Of a DNA stretch of 64,000 nt, positions 10,254 through 20,728 are shown piece after piece. Both the position numbers and the translations under genes were made by a program. How positions within the stretch are numbered: position 1 is the first letter of the stretch; every line of letters starts with the position of its first letter. This DNA is from a bacterium (GTDB taxonomy: Bacteria; SAR324; NAC60-12). The DNA is taken from the NCBI GenBank assembly GCA_965205865.1, contig CBDBHR010000026.1, positions 128,001-192,000 on the forward strand. The letters run 5' to 3'. The notes under the pieces were generated by a model, which saw only the letters and a program-made list of their open reading frames with translations, ran no database searches and had not been told where the DNA came from.

Positions 10254-11459
10254 GGGGTCAGGCCTTTGATTAAATAATTAAATTGTGTTTTGTTAAATTC
10301 TATGGTTAGCATAGTTCTGGACTTGAGAGCAGCCGAGAGGAAAAATGGCAAGAAAACGAAGAGTTCATTATCCGGGAGCGGTCTATCATGTGATGCTTTG
10401 TGGCAATGGGGGGCAGGACATTTTTTTTGATGATGATGATCGTTTTTATTTTAGAGAGTTACTTTTGGAGGGAGTGGCGCGTTTTGAACATCGTATCCAC
10501 GGGTTTTGTTTTATGGGCAATCATGTTCACTTGGTGGTTCAAGTGGGTGTGATTCCGCTGTCTCGCATTATTCAAAATGCGTCATTTCGTTATACTCGCT
10601 GGATCAACACAAAACAAAAACGGATGGGACATTTGTTTCAGGGGCGCTATAAAGCGATTTTAGTGGATGCCGATCAGTATTTATTAGAGTTAATTCGCTA
10701 TGTTCACCTGAATCCGGTTCGGAACGGGCTCGTCAACGATCCGGAACAATATTTTTGGTCAAGCCATGCCGTGTATACGGGAAAAAGAAAGATGCCTTGG
10801 GTTCATACAGAGTGGGTTCATGCTCAATTTTCCAGGCACTTGGGTCATGCTCGCCGGATGTATCGTCGCTATGTTGAGGAAGCTCAGGAGGACACCCTAC
10901 CCTCCGAGTTCGAAAAAGGGAATAAAGAAGGAAGGATTTTGGGAGGTGATCACTTTGCGGAAAGTGCATTACAACAAGCGGGAGAGCACATTCATCAAAC
11001 ATTGGAGTTGGAAGAAATTATTCAGGCGGTTTGTCAATTGTATCGCATCACTGAAAAGCAACTCATTGCCAAGGGGAAAGAGAGGAAACCCTCTGAAGCA
11101 AGGTCGGTTATTGCCTGGATAGTGCGAGAATCAGAAAATCTAACATTGGAAGCCTGGGGAGAGCGTTGTGGTCGAGATGGCGTCACCTTAAGCAATGCCA
11201 TTCGAATTTTGCTAAAACGCGTCAAAACAGACAAAGATTTGGTAAAGAGGATGAAAGAAATTGAGGAAAAATTATTAATCTCTTTCGGGTCTGACTCGCC
11301 GCAGCCGCTCAGCGTACCGTTGCTGCGTTGAAAAAAAGATAATCCGACAAAATTCTCCGCTCGAGCGAAGCGAAAGTCAAGCCTCAACGAGAGAGCTTGC
11401 TCCGGGATAGTTTACTTAAAGAATGAAACGTCAAATGAAATAATCAAAGGCCTGACCCC
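10254..11459 (+). mobile_element. HUH/Y1 transposase element bounded by perfect 19-bp inverted repeats
   Basis: ggggtcaggcctttgatta (10254-10272) / taatcaaaggcctgacccc (11441-11459). Confidence 0.8.
10345..11331 (+). CDS. Y1 (HUH) transposase, RAYT-related, with DnaA-C-terminal-like HTH domain
   Basis: YHVM..GNGGQDIF, NHVHL (HUH), GHLFQGRY, RYVHLNP, WSS; C-terminal EEIIQAVCQLY...EARSVIAW. Confidence 0.88.
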   Translation: MARKRRVHYPGAVYHVMLCGNGGQDIFFDDDDRFYFRELLLEGVARFEHRIHGFCFMGNHVHLVVQVGVIPLSRIIQNASFRYTRWINTKQKRMGHLFQGRYKAILVDADQYLLELIRYVHLNPVRNGLVNDPEQYFWSSHAVYTGKRKMPWVHTEWVHAQFSRHLGHARRMYRRYVEEAQEDTLPSEFEKGNKEGRILGGDHFAESALQQAGEHIHQTLELEEIIQAVCQLYRITEKQLIAKGKERKPSEARSVIAWIVRESENLTLEAWGERCGRDGVTLSNAIRILLKRVKTDKDLVKRMKEIEEKLLISFGSDSPQPLSVPLLR

Positions 11460-12102
11460 ATTTCTCGCAATTTAGAGGGGAGGCGATCGATTGACGCGTT
11501 TTTTCTAAAAGACGTTCTAATTGTTCTGCATTTTTCGAGCATTTCTTACTGGCAGAGGTTTTCAGCTTCGAACCGTCAAGGTTTATTTCAGCGAAACCGG
11601 AGACCTGCTGATCAATGGCCATTTGAATCAATTGCTCAAAATAGAAGGGCAGGCGTTGCAAATGACGACGACGGAACCGGCTCAAGGCACAGTGGTCGGG
11701 GGTCAGATGCGCTGAAACATAGATATAACAAAGATCGCGTTTACAAAGTTTCTCCAAAACACGACTACTCTCAATGCCTTCACTGTAGGCATAAAACCAG
11801 GTCGCTAACAGAATCGCCGGATCATAGGCATCCCCCCCTTGCGATTTGTAGGAGCCATAAAGCGAGGATAAATCCAAGCGGGAAACGAAATCTACCACAA
11901 AACGGCATTTATCGTTATCCGGGATCAAGTGGTTCAAATCGGTGGTGGATAATTGGAGGGTGGAACGATCATTACTCAGAAAACCCATAATAGAAATCCA
12001 TTTTTACTATGGTTATATGAAAAGTGGACTCAAACCAGATACTAGACTATGAAAAGTGTAGCAAAATCCACCTGGAAAAAGCAAATAAAATCTGCAACAG
12101 CC
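11460..12102 (-). mobile_element. Truncated IS1182-family element (N-terminal transposase fragment starting at 11988)
   Basis: YDPAILL..YAYSEGIESSR..TPDHCALSRFRR..LDGSKLK; end motif ggctgttgcaga at 12091-12102. Confidence 0.75.
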
Positions 12103-12173
12103 TGGAAAGCGGGAATCCAGACTAATTTCGAATGGTTGCGTTTTCTGGATTCAGGGTCTTCGCCCGGAATGAC
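12103..12173. repeat. REP-like palindrome, left arm missing where the IS1182 end abuts
   Basis: gaaagcgggaatccag...ctggattc...cccggaatgac; matches the intact copy at 19247-19326. Confidence 0.7.
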
Positions 12174-12284
12174 AAGTTGCCCTCCCATTATTCAACGAGT
12201 AAGGGAACTGGGAAGCTCAAGCCTCCGCGCCAAGGACCCCCCGACCCCCTTTTTCCCTGAGGTCAGTCACAAGGGGTGTAACCC

Positions 12285-13260
12285 TTAATAACCCATTTCT
12301 GCCTTTAGCTCACTGTCAATCCAGACGTGGGATTAGATAGTACGATTCATATATGAAAGCCAGACTTCACCGTTAAAGCCGATGACCCACGGCTGGTGCG
12401 CCATGTAGCTTCCAACTTTAGGACCCCATATCCACCAGTGGTTCTCCATGGTGCGCATATCCACTTCTTTGACCAGTTCCTGCCGCTCCTCTTCGGAAGT
12501 AGTGGCTTGGGCGGCGTCGATTAGGGCGTCCAACTCAGGGCGCGGGACTCCGTGTAAGTCTGCTATACCGCTCGAGTGTACCCAGTTGCGTACTTCAGCC
12601 AACGGTGGTCCATTGTTGCCCAAAAGGTGAAATACCAGACCTTCCCAAGTACGGTTGCTTCGAGTAGCGCCACCACTAGCTTCATCCAATACGTTGATCT
12701 CTACATCAACGCCAAGATCTGCCCAGTAGATGGCAGCTAATTCACTATAACCTAAATCAAATCTATGGAAATGGTTCAACACGGTCTTGAATCGAGTTCC
12801 GTCCGCGCCGCGCGGATATCCGACCTCATCCAGCAAAGCTTCCGCCCCCGCCGGATCGTACATATAGCCCTTCTTGACCTCTTCGGGCCACTCTTCAAAG
12901 GGGGTGAAATACCCGGTGATGCCTTCCCCTACCAGCCCCTGAGGCTGCCACATTGCCGTGCCCTTGTAGTAGGTATTGTTAATGCCCTCGAGGTCCAGTG
13001 CCATCTGCATTGCCTTGCGCACAACTGCATGCCGATCAGGGTCACCACCGGGATAAAGCTCGAGGTCCAGTGTCATCTGCATTGCCTTGCGCACCCTGAT
13101 GTCGTCAAAGGGCAGCTTGCTCGCGTCCGGATCATAACTTTGGTCCGAACAGTGAAACACCGGGTGCAGCACGATTTCGGGGTTGCTCTTCCGGAGGCTC
13201 TCGACTACTTCGACCGATACTATATGAGCCCAACCAGCAGGGGCACCGATGAAATCAATC
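12285..13260 (-). pseudogene. SBP family 5 C-terminal fragment, rearranged and frameshifted
   Basis: PFDDIRVRKAMQM duplicated, YDPAGAEALLDEVGYPRG; frameshift before WIDSELKAEMGY. Confidence 0.85.
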
Positions 13261-13539
13261 TTATTTTCACCACAGCTGGTTCGCTCATTAAGCAACATGA
13301 ATTGACAATTTTAATTTTCCTTCTTACGCTAGGGTGAAAAACGGGAAAACTCTGCGTTGGCACCGAAGAAAAATCTCAACAGAATAGACAAATTCACTAA
13401 AAATCAACGATTCCATACAAAATCGAGAAAACGACTTTGAGACATAGGGACAACAAATAAGTCTCGCTGTTGCCCAAACGCTTTGATATACTGATTGAAA
13501 ACAAGTGCTCTCTTGTTCCCTTCTTTGAGGAGTATCCTG

Positions 13540-14409
13540 GTGAAACATCGCATTTCTCCGACAATCGATTGTGTCTACAAGGCCATTTTGGGAGCAGAGG
13601 AAAATAAGAACTTACTGATTGATTTCCTCAATGGTGTCCTGGCACCACAGTTTCCCATTTCGGATGTCGAAATCCTCAACCCCTATAATGAACGCGAGTT
13701 TTATTCGGACAAGTTGACGATTGTCGATGTGAAGGCCAGAGATGAACAGGGGACGACCTATCAGATCGAAATTCAATTGGCAGTTTTTTCTTATTTACCG
13801 GAGAGGATGCTCTACACGTGGAGTGACATCTATCAATCCCAGTTACAAAGCGGGGAGCCATTCTCAGAATTACGTCCGGTGATCTCCATTTGGATGTTGA
13901 CTGAAAATCTGTTTTCTGAAAGTCCGACCTTTCATCATCACTTCCAACTGGTGGATCAAGCGAACGAAAAACGTTTGTCGGAGCATTGTTCCATCCATGT
14001 TTTGGAATTGGAAAAATGGCGATATTCCGAGGCATTGAACGCTGAAGATTACTGGTTTTACTTTTTTAAAGAAGCCGAGAACTGGGAGGAATTACCCGAA
14101 ATCATCAACACCCCTAACATGAGGCAAGCGATGGCAGTCTTAGAGCGATTTTCTGAAAAAGAGGCCAACTATCACTTATACCAAGCCCGTCAAAATGCTT
14201 TGCGTGAGGAGAAAACAAGACTAAAGCTTTTTGAAGAAGCCTTGCGGAGGGAGGAAGAGGCGGTGCAAGATAAGGAAGAAGCCCTGCGGAGAGAGGAAGA
14301 GGCGGTGCAAGATAAGGAAGAAGCCCTACGGAGGAAGGAAGAGGCGGAAACTAAAGAAAAACATCTCAGAGAAATCTTGAAAAAAGCAGGAATTGATCCA
14401 GATGTTTAA
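13540..14409 (+). CDS. Rpn-family PD-(D/E)XK nuclease / putative transposase with C-terminal 14-aa coiled-coil repeats
   Basis: LLIDFLN, VDVKARDEQG..YQIEIQ, IHVLELEK; repeats EEALRREEEAVQDK; GTG start after gaggag. Confidence 0.88.
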   Translation: MKHRISPTIDCVYKAILGAEENKNLLIDFLNGVLAPQFPISDVEILNPYNEREFYSDKLTIVDVKARDEQGTTYQIEIQLAVFSYLPERMLYTWSDIYQSQLQSGEPFSELRPVISIWMLTENLFSESPTFHHHFQLVDQANEKRLSEHCSIHVLELEKWRYSEALNAEDYWFYFFKEAENWEELPEIINTPNMRQAMAVLERFSEKEANYHLYQARQNALREEKTRLKLFEEALRREEEAVQDKEEALRREEEAVQDKEEALRRKEEAETKEKHLREILKKAGIDPDV

Positions 14410-14495
14410 GCAATTTTTTCCTCGGTTTCTCAGACAGCCAAGTATGTAACAATTCAAGAAAATAAGTGCCAACAATGCGCTTCACCAGACGCTCA

Positions 14496-14815
14496 CCCCT
14501 GCGCTTTTTCAACACTTTGGACCAACCGACCCGTGGTCAATCCCGCCCGGCGGGAACTGGACCGACAATACCGCTCGGTACAGTCCATGCTAACGCTGTG
14601 CCAAGCACGCTTTGCAGCCCTGACGCTTCATCCACAATCCGAGAGGCCTGAGATTCAAAAGTGGCAACAACAGAAAGCAGATCTGCAGGAACAGATCGAG
14701 CAGTGGGAGAAGGAGTTGAGCGTCTTGAAAGAACGAAAGCTCTTGACGCCTAAACATTTGGCGTGGGAGGATCTGCCTGAGGCAGAGAAGTTTGAGCGTC
14801 TTGCTCCAAGCCGTA
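14496..14815 (+). pseudogene. Probable transposase internal or C-terminal fragment
   Basis: VVNPARRELDRQ...KHLAWEDLPEAEKFERL resembles a transposase segment; no start context. Confidence 0.4.
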
Positions 14816-14866
14816 TTATTAAGTCCGCGGTTTTCCAGCTCTTACCTCTAACAGTCCCAGCCTAAT

Positions 14867-15109
14867 CTACACTGCAGACAATCCCCCATCGATGGGGATG
14901 ATGGTACCGGTTACGTGGGGTGATTCATCCGATGCCAGATATAAGGCTAGACGAGCCACCTCAACCGGTTGCGCTATTCTGTATAAAGGAACATTCTTCA
15001 TATAAGCCTCTTTCCGTTCCGGGTCGCTTCTTATCCACTCGGTCATTGGGGTTTCAATCCTTCCAGGGCAAATCGTGTTTGCACGAATATTATGTGCCGC
15101 ATAAGACAC
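14867..15109 (-). pseudogene. SDR C-terminal fragment
   Basis: NIRANTICPGRIETPM...LYLASDES.HVTG..IPIDGG. Confidence 0.85.
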
Positions 15110-15123
15110 GGCAATAGACCTCG

Positions 15124-15906
15124 TTAGCGAAAGAATTCCACCTTTGCTTGCCCCCGCTCACTCACCTCATCAACCGCATTTCGCGCTTCACGCTGCAGAA
15201 ACAATAAATCCATTCCGTACGCTATCCAACGAATGCCACTCTCCAACAATGATTTGACCGTGCTTGCAGTGGGCGGTATAGCCCACTGACAGAACGCTAT
15301 CCCTTTCCTCTGGCGCATGGCACGGACGTGGTCTCTGGCTTCAGTTATCTGGGGATGGTCAAACTAGCCGGCTATACCCAGCAGTTGTGAGAGATCGGCA
15401 TGGCCTACCCAGACCACGTCTATCCCGGGGATGAGAATCTCCTCCAAGTGTTCGAGTACTTCCGGAGTCTCGAGAATAAGGCCGAGCAACGTGTTGGCGT
15501 TAGCGTGAGCGCACGCTGCCGGTATATCAGGGGCCCCCATGCCAAACGCACGCTTTCCTTCAGGGTGGAATTTGGCAAAATTTATCAACCGCCGGACCTC
15601 CGCTCCGCTCCGGATACTTGGTAGGATCAGACATTGGCAGCCGTTGTCCAGCAATCTCGTGATAAAATGTTGCTGCAAGGCAGGAAGGCGTACCATCGGT
15701 TTGACACCAGCCAGATGAGCATAATAGACAGTCTCCACCAGCTCTTACAGATCAAAATTAGTATGCTCAGCGTCCATATCCAAGTAGTCCACACCAGCCT
15801 GCGCATAAGCCTCCACCACGTATGGTCCGCGGCTCTTCATTAATGTTCCGATGATCACTTCACCTCTTTTCAACTTTGCTTTTAACTGATTCTCCCGCAA
15901 TGGCAT
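15124..15906 (-). pseudogene. HpcH/HpaI aldolase family gene with two in-frame stops
   Basis: ENQLKAKLKRGE, DMDAEH, ILETPE, GIDVVWVGHADLS; three ORFs in one frame split by TAA (15745) and TAG (15364). Confidence 0.85.
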
Positions 15907-15939
15907 TGTTTCCTCCTTTTTACTGCGGATAATTAAAGT

Positions 15940-16298
15940 GACCACCGGCTAAAGCCGGTGGCTTATTAAGGTGAACGCCTCAAAGGCTATTTATTGGGTC
16001 CCCCCGAGGGGTCCGATTCAGTCTCCCCCAGGTGAAGGTGAGAAAACCCCGGAGGGTTGACAGGACATATCCCAGCCATTTATGGCTGGGATAGGCTACA
16101 AAACGTTTTTAGTCCCAGAGGGACGACACTTTTGCTTCAGTGCGCTTTCAGTGTCGTCCCTCCGGGACTGGATCCACCATAAAAATCGGTCCCCAGCCAT
16201 CAATGGCTGGGCTATGACCTTTCGTCCCTCCGGGACTAAAATATGACCGCTGCGCACGGTCAAACCGATAGGGGTCCCCCACCTGAGGTGGGGGTTTA
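15940..16298. repeat. Cluster of REP-like hairpins flanked by IS200/IS605-like hairpins
   Basis: ccaccggctaaagccggtgg; cccagccat.(a)tggctggg x2; gtccc(tcc/aga)gggac x3; ccccacctgaggtgggg. Confidence 0.65.
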
Positions 16299-16353
16299 TT
16301 CCAATTAATTAATAATTCCCCCGGAAATATGAACTTAAATTCCCAAAGTCACA

Positions 16354-17045
16354 GTCACCGTAAAGAACTGACTTATAGTGGTTTCCAGCCACCTTTCGTC
16401 ATTCCTCCGGTACAGATCCGGACGTGCGCTGCTAACGCATCCGGCTCCTGCTTCGAGTCAGACGCTCAAACGTTGCCGTTTGGCGCACCCTGCTTAAACC
16501 GCTCTCTGATTTTACCGGCCTCTGAGTTCCGAACACAGGAGGGCAAGCAGAATTCCTCTCAGCCAAGTCCCTTTGCTCCACAGGCTCCGTTGATTTCCTT
16601 TGCATTGTTACTCTCTACAAATGATCTCATTGTTCGCCGCTTCATCGCTACTACGAACTTGTCCGACTTCCTGAAGACGTAGATATCGGGGTTATTTATT
16701 AATTTTCCCGATCCGACTACCAATGGAATGTTGACAGTCGTCTTCAGGATCTCCCAGGTTCCGATCAAGAAACTTCCACACATGCACCGGGTCTTCGACT
16801 CCGCCAGGCTCGACCGGGACTCACGCTAACGCCTTCGGTTGATGTTGCCTTCCCCACCAGACTACAAGGTCAGCACCTGAAACTATGATTTCGGAGCTCA
16901 ATACCGAGCCTATGTTCTCCCCTGTCAACGCTTAGCGCCTATCCTTGCGAATAACCACTCATGACTCGGGGACTCGGCGGGTCGTTACTGCCTTACCGAG
17001 TAAGAGACTTTCACTCTCTATTTCTTGCCAGCTTTCCTGGTGCAC
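16354..17045 (-). mobile_element. ORF-less (internally deleted) group II intron, 692 nt
   Basis: Minus strand starts GTGCACCAGG; domain V gagccggatgcgttagcagcgcacgtccggatct; domain VI with bulged A ending ...tttacggtgAC. Confidence 0.85.
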
Positions 17046-17061
17046 GGCCTGACCCCGATTT

Positions 17062-18000
17062 CTAAGAGAAGGGGTTGAGCAGTCTGGAGAGGAATCCTCG
17101 TTTGCGTTTCACCATCGCGGCGCCGTAACTGCCCTCACCGCCCCGCAGCCGCGGATCGAGCAGGTCCCTGAGGGCATCTCCGAACATGTTGAGGGAGTAG
17201 ACGACCAGCGTGAGGAAAAGCCCCGGCCAGAGTGCCAGCCAGGGCGCGTGCTCCATGAACCGGCGCCCTTCGCGGCTGAGCATCCCTCCCCAGCTGGGAA
17301 TCTTGATGGGCAGCCCGAATCCGAGGAAGCTCAGTGACGCTTCGGCAATGATGACTCCGCCGATGTTGATGGAGAAGATGATGATGATCGGTGCCATGAT
17401 ATTGGGCAGTACATGGCGGATGAGGACTTGGGGCGTGGGGGTGCCCACGGCCCGGGCGGCCAGAAAATAGTCATTCTCTTTGATACCGATCACGGCACCC
17501 CGGACGACTCGGGAGCCCCCGATGCCGCCGGCGATCCCCAGGACCACGATGATCTGGAGGAGCCCCTGCCCCACGACCGACATGATCGTCAACAAGAGCA
17601 GCAGCCCCGGAAACGCCATCCAGGCATCAACAAATCTTTGCACCGCCAGGTCCAGTTTACCTCCAAGGAATCCGGAGGTGCCCCCGATCAGGAGTGCAAC
17701 GGCCACATTGAGTGCAGTCGTGGCCAGGCCCACCACTAAGGAAATACGAGCCCCGAAGATCAGGCGGCTCAGGAGGTCTCTTCCCAACTGGTCGGTCCCC
17801 AGCAGATGCTGGAAGGATGCGCCCTGCAGCCGATCTCCCAAGTTTAGTTTATCATAGGGATACGGGGTCAACACATCCGCAAAGAGCGCCACAAAAATCA
17901 AGAGCAGGATGATCATCCCGCAGAACGACCCCAGCGGCTTCTCCTTGAGAAGCCGGATGAAGAAATCCGCAAACCGGCCCCGTCGTTTGGATTCACTCAT
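17062..18000 (-). CDS. ABC permease (DppC-like)
   Basis: Paralog of 8157-9095; start MSESKRR. Confidence 0.92.
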   Translation of the reverse strand: MSESKRRGRFADFFIRLLKEKPLGSFCGMIILLLIFVALFADVLTPYPYDKLNLGDRLQGASFQHLLGTDQLGRDLLSRLIFGARISLVVGLATTALNVAVALLIGGTSGFLGGKLDLAVQRFVDAWMAFPGLLLLLTIMSVVGQGLLQIIVVLGIAGGIGGSRVVRGAVIGIKENDYFLAARAVGTPTPQVLIRHVLPNIMAPIIIIFSINIGGVIIAEASLSFLGFGLPIKIPSWGGMLSREGRRFMEHAPWLALWPGLFLTLVVYSLNMFGDALRDLLDPRLRGGEGSYGAAMVKRKRGFLSRLLNPFS

Positions 18001-18983
18001 AGCGCACCCTCGGGTCCAGATAGGAATAGAGCAGGTCGATGAGGAGATTGAACCCCACCACCCCGGTGGCAAAGAACAAGTTGACGCCGGAGACTACCGG
18101 GTAGTCCCGGTCTTCGAGGGCAACCACTATGAGACGACCCAACCCCGGCAGGTTAAAGATGTTCTCCATGATCACCGCGCCACCCACCAGGATTGGCAAC
18201 TGCAGGCCGATCAGGGACACCACCGGGATGAGGGCATTTTTGATGGTATGCCGGATGATCACGATCCGCTCCCGGAGGCCCTTGGACCACGCCGTCCTCA
18301 CATAGTCCTGCCTTAAGACCTCCAGTGCGCGTCATGCGCATGGTGGCGGCAGCCGAGGCCGTCCCCAGAATCAGGCTGGGGATGATGAACACCCCCAGAT
18401 TCCCCAGCGGGTCTTCCGTGAAAGAAACCAGCTCCATCGGAGGCGACCAGCCCCACCAAATTGCCGGGTAGAGCATCACCATAGTTGCCAGCCAGAAGTT
18501 AGGCGTGGCCACGCCGAGGATGGCAATAGAGCGCCCCACATAATCGGCGGCCGTATCCTGACGCATCGCCGAGTAGATGCCGACCGGCAGGGCGATGACG
18601 AGCCCAATTACGATTGCCATGACACCAAGCTCAAGGGTGACTGGCAATCTACCTATTATCTTCTCCTCCACCGTCCAATCGCCCATTATTGATTCGCCAA
18701 GAGTGCCCTGGAGGATACCGTTGAAGTGGGACTCCTTGGTAATCGGGTCAGGGGTTGGCAACACTCCTATCCAGCGTCCATACTGCACGTAGACAAGCAC
18801 GTCCAATCCCAGCTTACGCTCCATAGCTTCACGGTCAATGTTGCTATGTTCAGTTTCCATCTCAGCCATCATTGCATCTATTACATCGCCGGGGATAAAG
18901 CGGACTGAGAGAAAGACCAGGATGGTCAATAGAAACAGGGTGGGGATTATGAGCAATAACCGCCTGATGACATAGGCTCTCAT
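17993..18983 (-). pseudogene. ABC permease (DppB-like), frameshifted by ~8-nt deletion near 18325
   Basis: cgcactggag instead of cgcaccatgatgctggag found in paralogs; C-terminus in ORF 17993-18301. Confidence 0.9.
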
Positions 18984-19009
18984 GTGACACTCCTCCTTGC
19001 CATTTCCCC

Positions 19010-19350
19010 GTCATTGCGGTATATATCCCAACTCCGTATCAGGTACCGGGCAGGCTCTCGTCTTTCCGGTGAAAACCGGAATCCACCTTCCACGTCTTTC
19101 CGGCCCCTTCCACTGAAGGGCGCGGCACTCTCTAAGGTGCGAATGACCCCTGCCAGGAAACTCGCCTCTCACCGCTTTGGGGAGTCCGGAGGGGTGAAAC
19201 CCCTTTGAAACGGGGGTTCAAGGTGGTGTCCCCCTTGATTCCCCCCGTCATTCCGCCGAAAGGCGGAATCCAGAGTAATTTCAAATGGTTGCGTTTTCTG
19301 GATTCCGGGTCTCCGCCCGGAATGACAGTAAGAAAGCGCGCCTCGCAATG
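19010..19350. repeat. Cluster of REP-like palindromes between SBP and permease
   Basis: gtcattgcg, gtcattccgccgaaaggcggaatccag...ctggattccgg...ggaatgac, cctcgcaatgac. Confidence 0.65.
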
Positions 19351-19444
19351 ACATCGTGTGTGGGAGCCGGGAGGCTTAAGCCCCCGCGCCAAGGACCCCC
19401 CGACCCCCTTTTTCCCCTGACGTCAGCCATAAGGGGCGAAACCC

Positions 19445-19645
19445 CTAATGACCCATTGCTTCCTTCAGCTCCTGGTCAATCCATAAGCGGGCAAACAGCG
19501 CACCACCCCCGTTCATGTCTCCGAGGACGACTTCACCGTTATAACCTTTGAGCCACGGCTGGCTCGCGAAGAACGCGGGAGCCACAGGACCCCATAGAGT
19601 CCAGAGCTCCTTTATCGCCATCGTATCCATCTCCTTAACTATTTC
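19445..19645 (-). pseudogene. SBP C-terminal fragment
   Basis: QPWLKGYNGE...ARLWIDQELKEAMGH. Confidence 0.85.
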
Positions 19646-19899
19646 CGGAACGAAAAGCATGTGATGCAGAGCGCATCATTTTAAGGAGTGATGAGCACTC
19701 GGCACGCGTTTCGAGGTCTGCTGAGATAACCGGGAAAACTCTTTCAGTTCTGCGATGCTTAAAACTTTCCTCTTTTGGAAGAAGGCCAAGTTATTTTTCT
19801 CGATGGGTTTGTCGGTTCGGTTCCTTTTGACTGGAGACTTCCCTTATCTTTCAAGGGATTGCGGGGAAATCTACCAAGATGTTGCCTTCAGAGAGCAAG

Positions 19900-20365
19900 T
19901 GGCGATAAAGCTGATAAAATCATGGAGGATTTTCCGAATTTGAAGGCAGAGGATATTGAAGCTTGTCTCGCCGAGGCAGCCTCCCTGGCAGAAGAACCAA
20001 TCATTCTCATTGATTTAGAAGCGAAGAACGGGTGAAAATCATGGTCGATGAGAACATCCCCAAGATGACTGTCAGGGCACTATCAGCACGAGGAGATGAT
20101 CTTCTCGAGATCCGAGGAACCGAATGCGAAGGCATTCCGGAAGATCAAGTCTGGCAAATTTGCCAAGATCAAAAAAGACTTTTCATTTCGACAGAGAGGG
20201 GTTTTCCAAAGACCGAGAATCGAATCACGAGGGAAGGATGATTGTTTGCCTCAAACAACCCCGTGGCCAAGGCATCCATCAAAGCGTTTTGCCAGCATTT
20301 CATCAATATCCGGAAGAGGAATGGCAATGGTGAAAAAAGGGAGAACTCTGCGTTCTGCTTCTTGA
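19900..20365 (+). pseudogene. Degenerate DUF433 / DUF5615 (PIN-like) toxin-antitoxin pair
   Basis: IMEDFPNLKAEDIEACL tail, then MKIMVDENIP...DQVWQICQDQKRLFIS broken by frameshift. Confidence 0.7.
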
Positions 20366-20476
20366 GATATCACCCAAAATATCGCCTTTAACAGTTTCTT
20401 GTATTGAGACCATTTCTATGCTAAAGTTAAAATGTCTAGTCTGTCTAGCATATAATTTAATTAATTAGGAGGAGAG

Positions 20477-20728
20477 ATGTCTCAACAATGGCAATTACAG
20501 GACGCAAAAAATCGATTTAGTGAAGTAGTCGAAAATGCAATTCAAGATGGTCCACAGATTGTTACTAAAAGAGGAAAAGCAGCGGTAGTTATCGTTTCAA
20601 TGGATGAATATCGGAAGCTCACAACCCCAGCAAACAGTTTGGTTGAATTTTTTCATAATTCTCCTTTGTATGATCTTGAACTAGATCTAGAAAGAGATAA
20701 AGATTTCTCAAGAGAGGTGGATCTGTGA
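20477..20728 (+). CDS. Phd/YefM-family antitoxin
   Basis: WQLQDAKNRFSEVV...GPQIVTKRGKAAVVIVS. Confidence 0.92.
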   Translation: MSQQWQLQDAKNRFSEVVENAIQDGPQIVTKRGKAAVVIVSMDEYRKLTTPANSLVEFFHNSPLYDLELDLERDKDFSREVDL

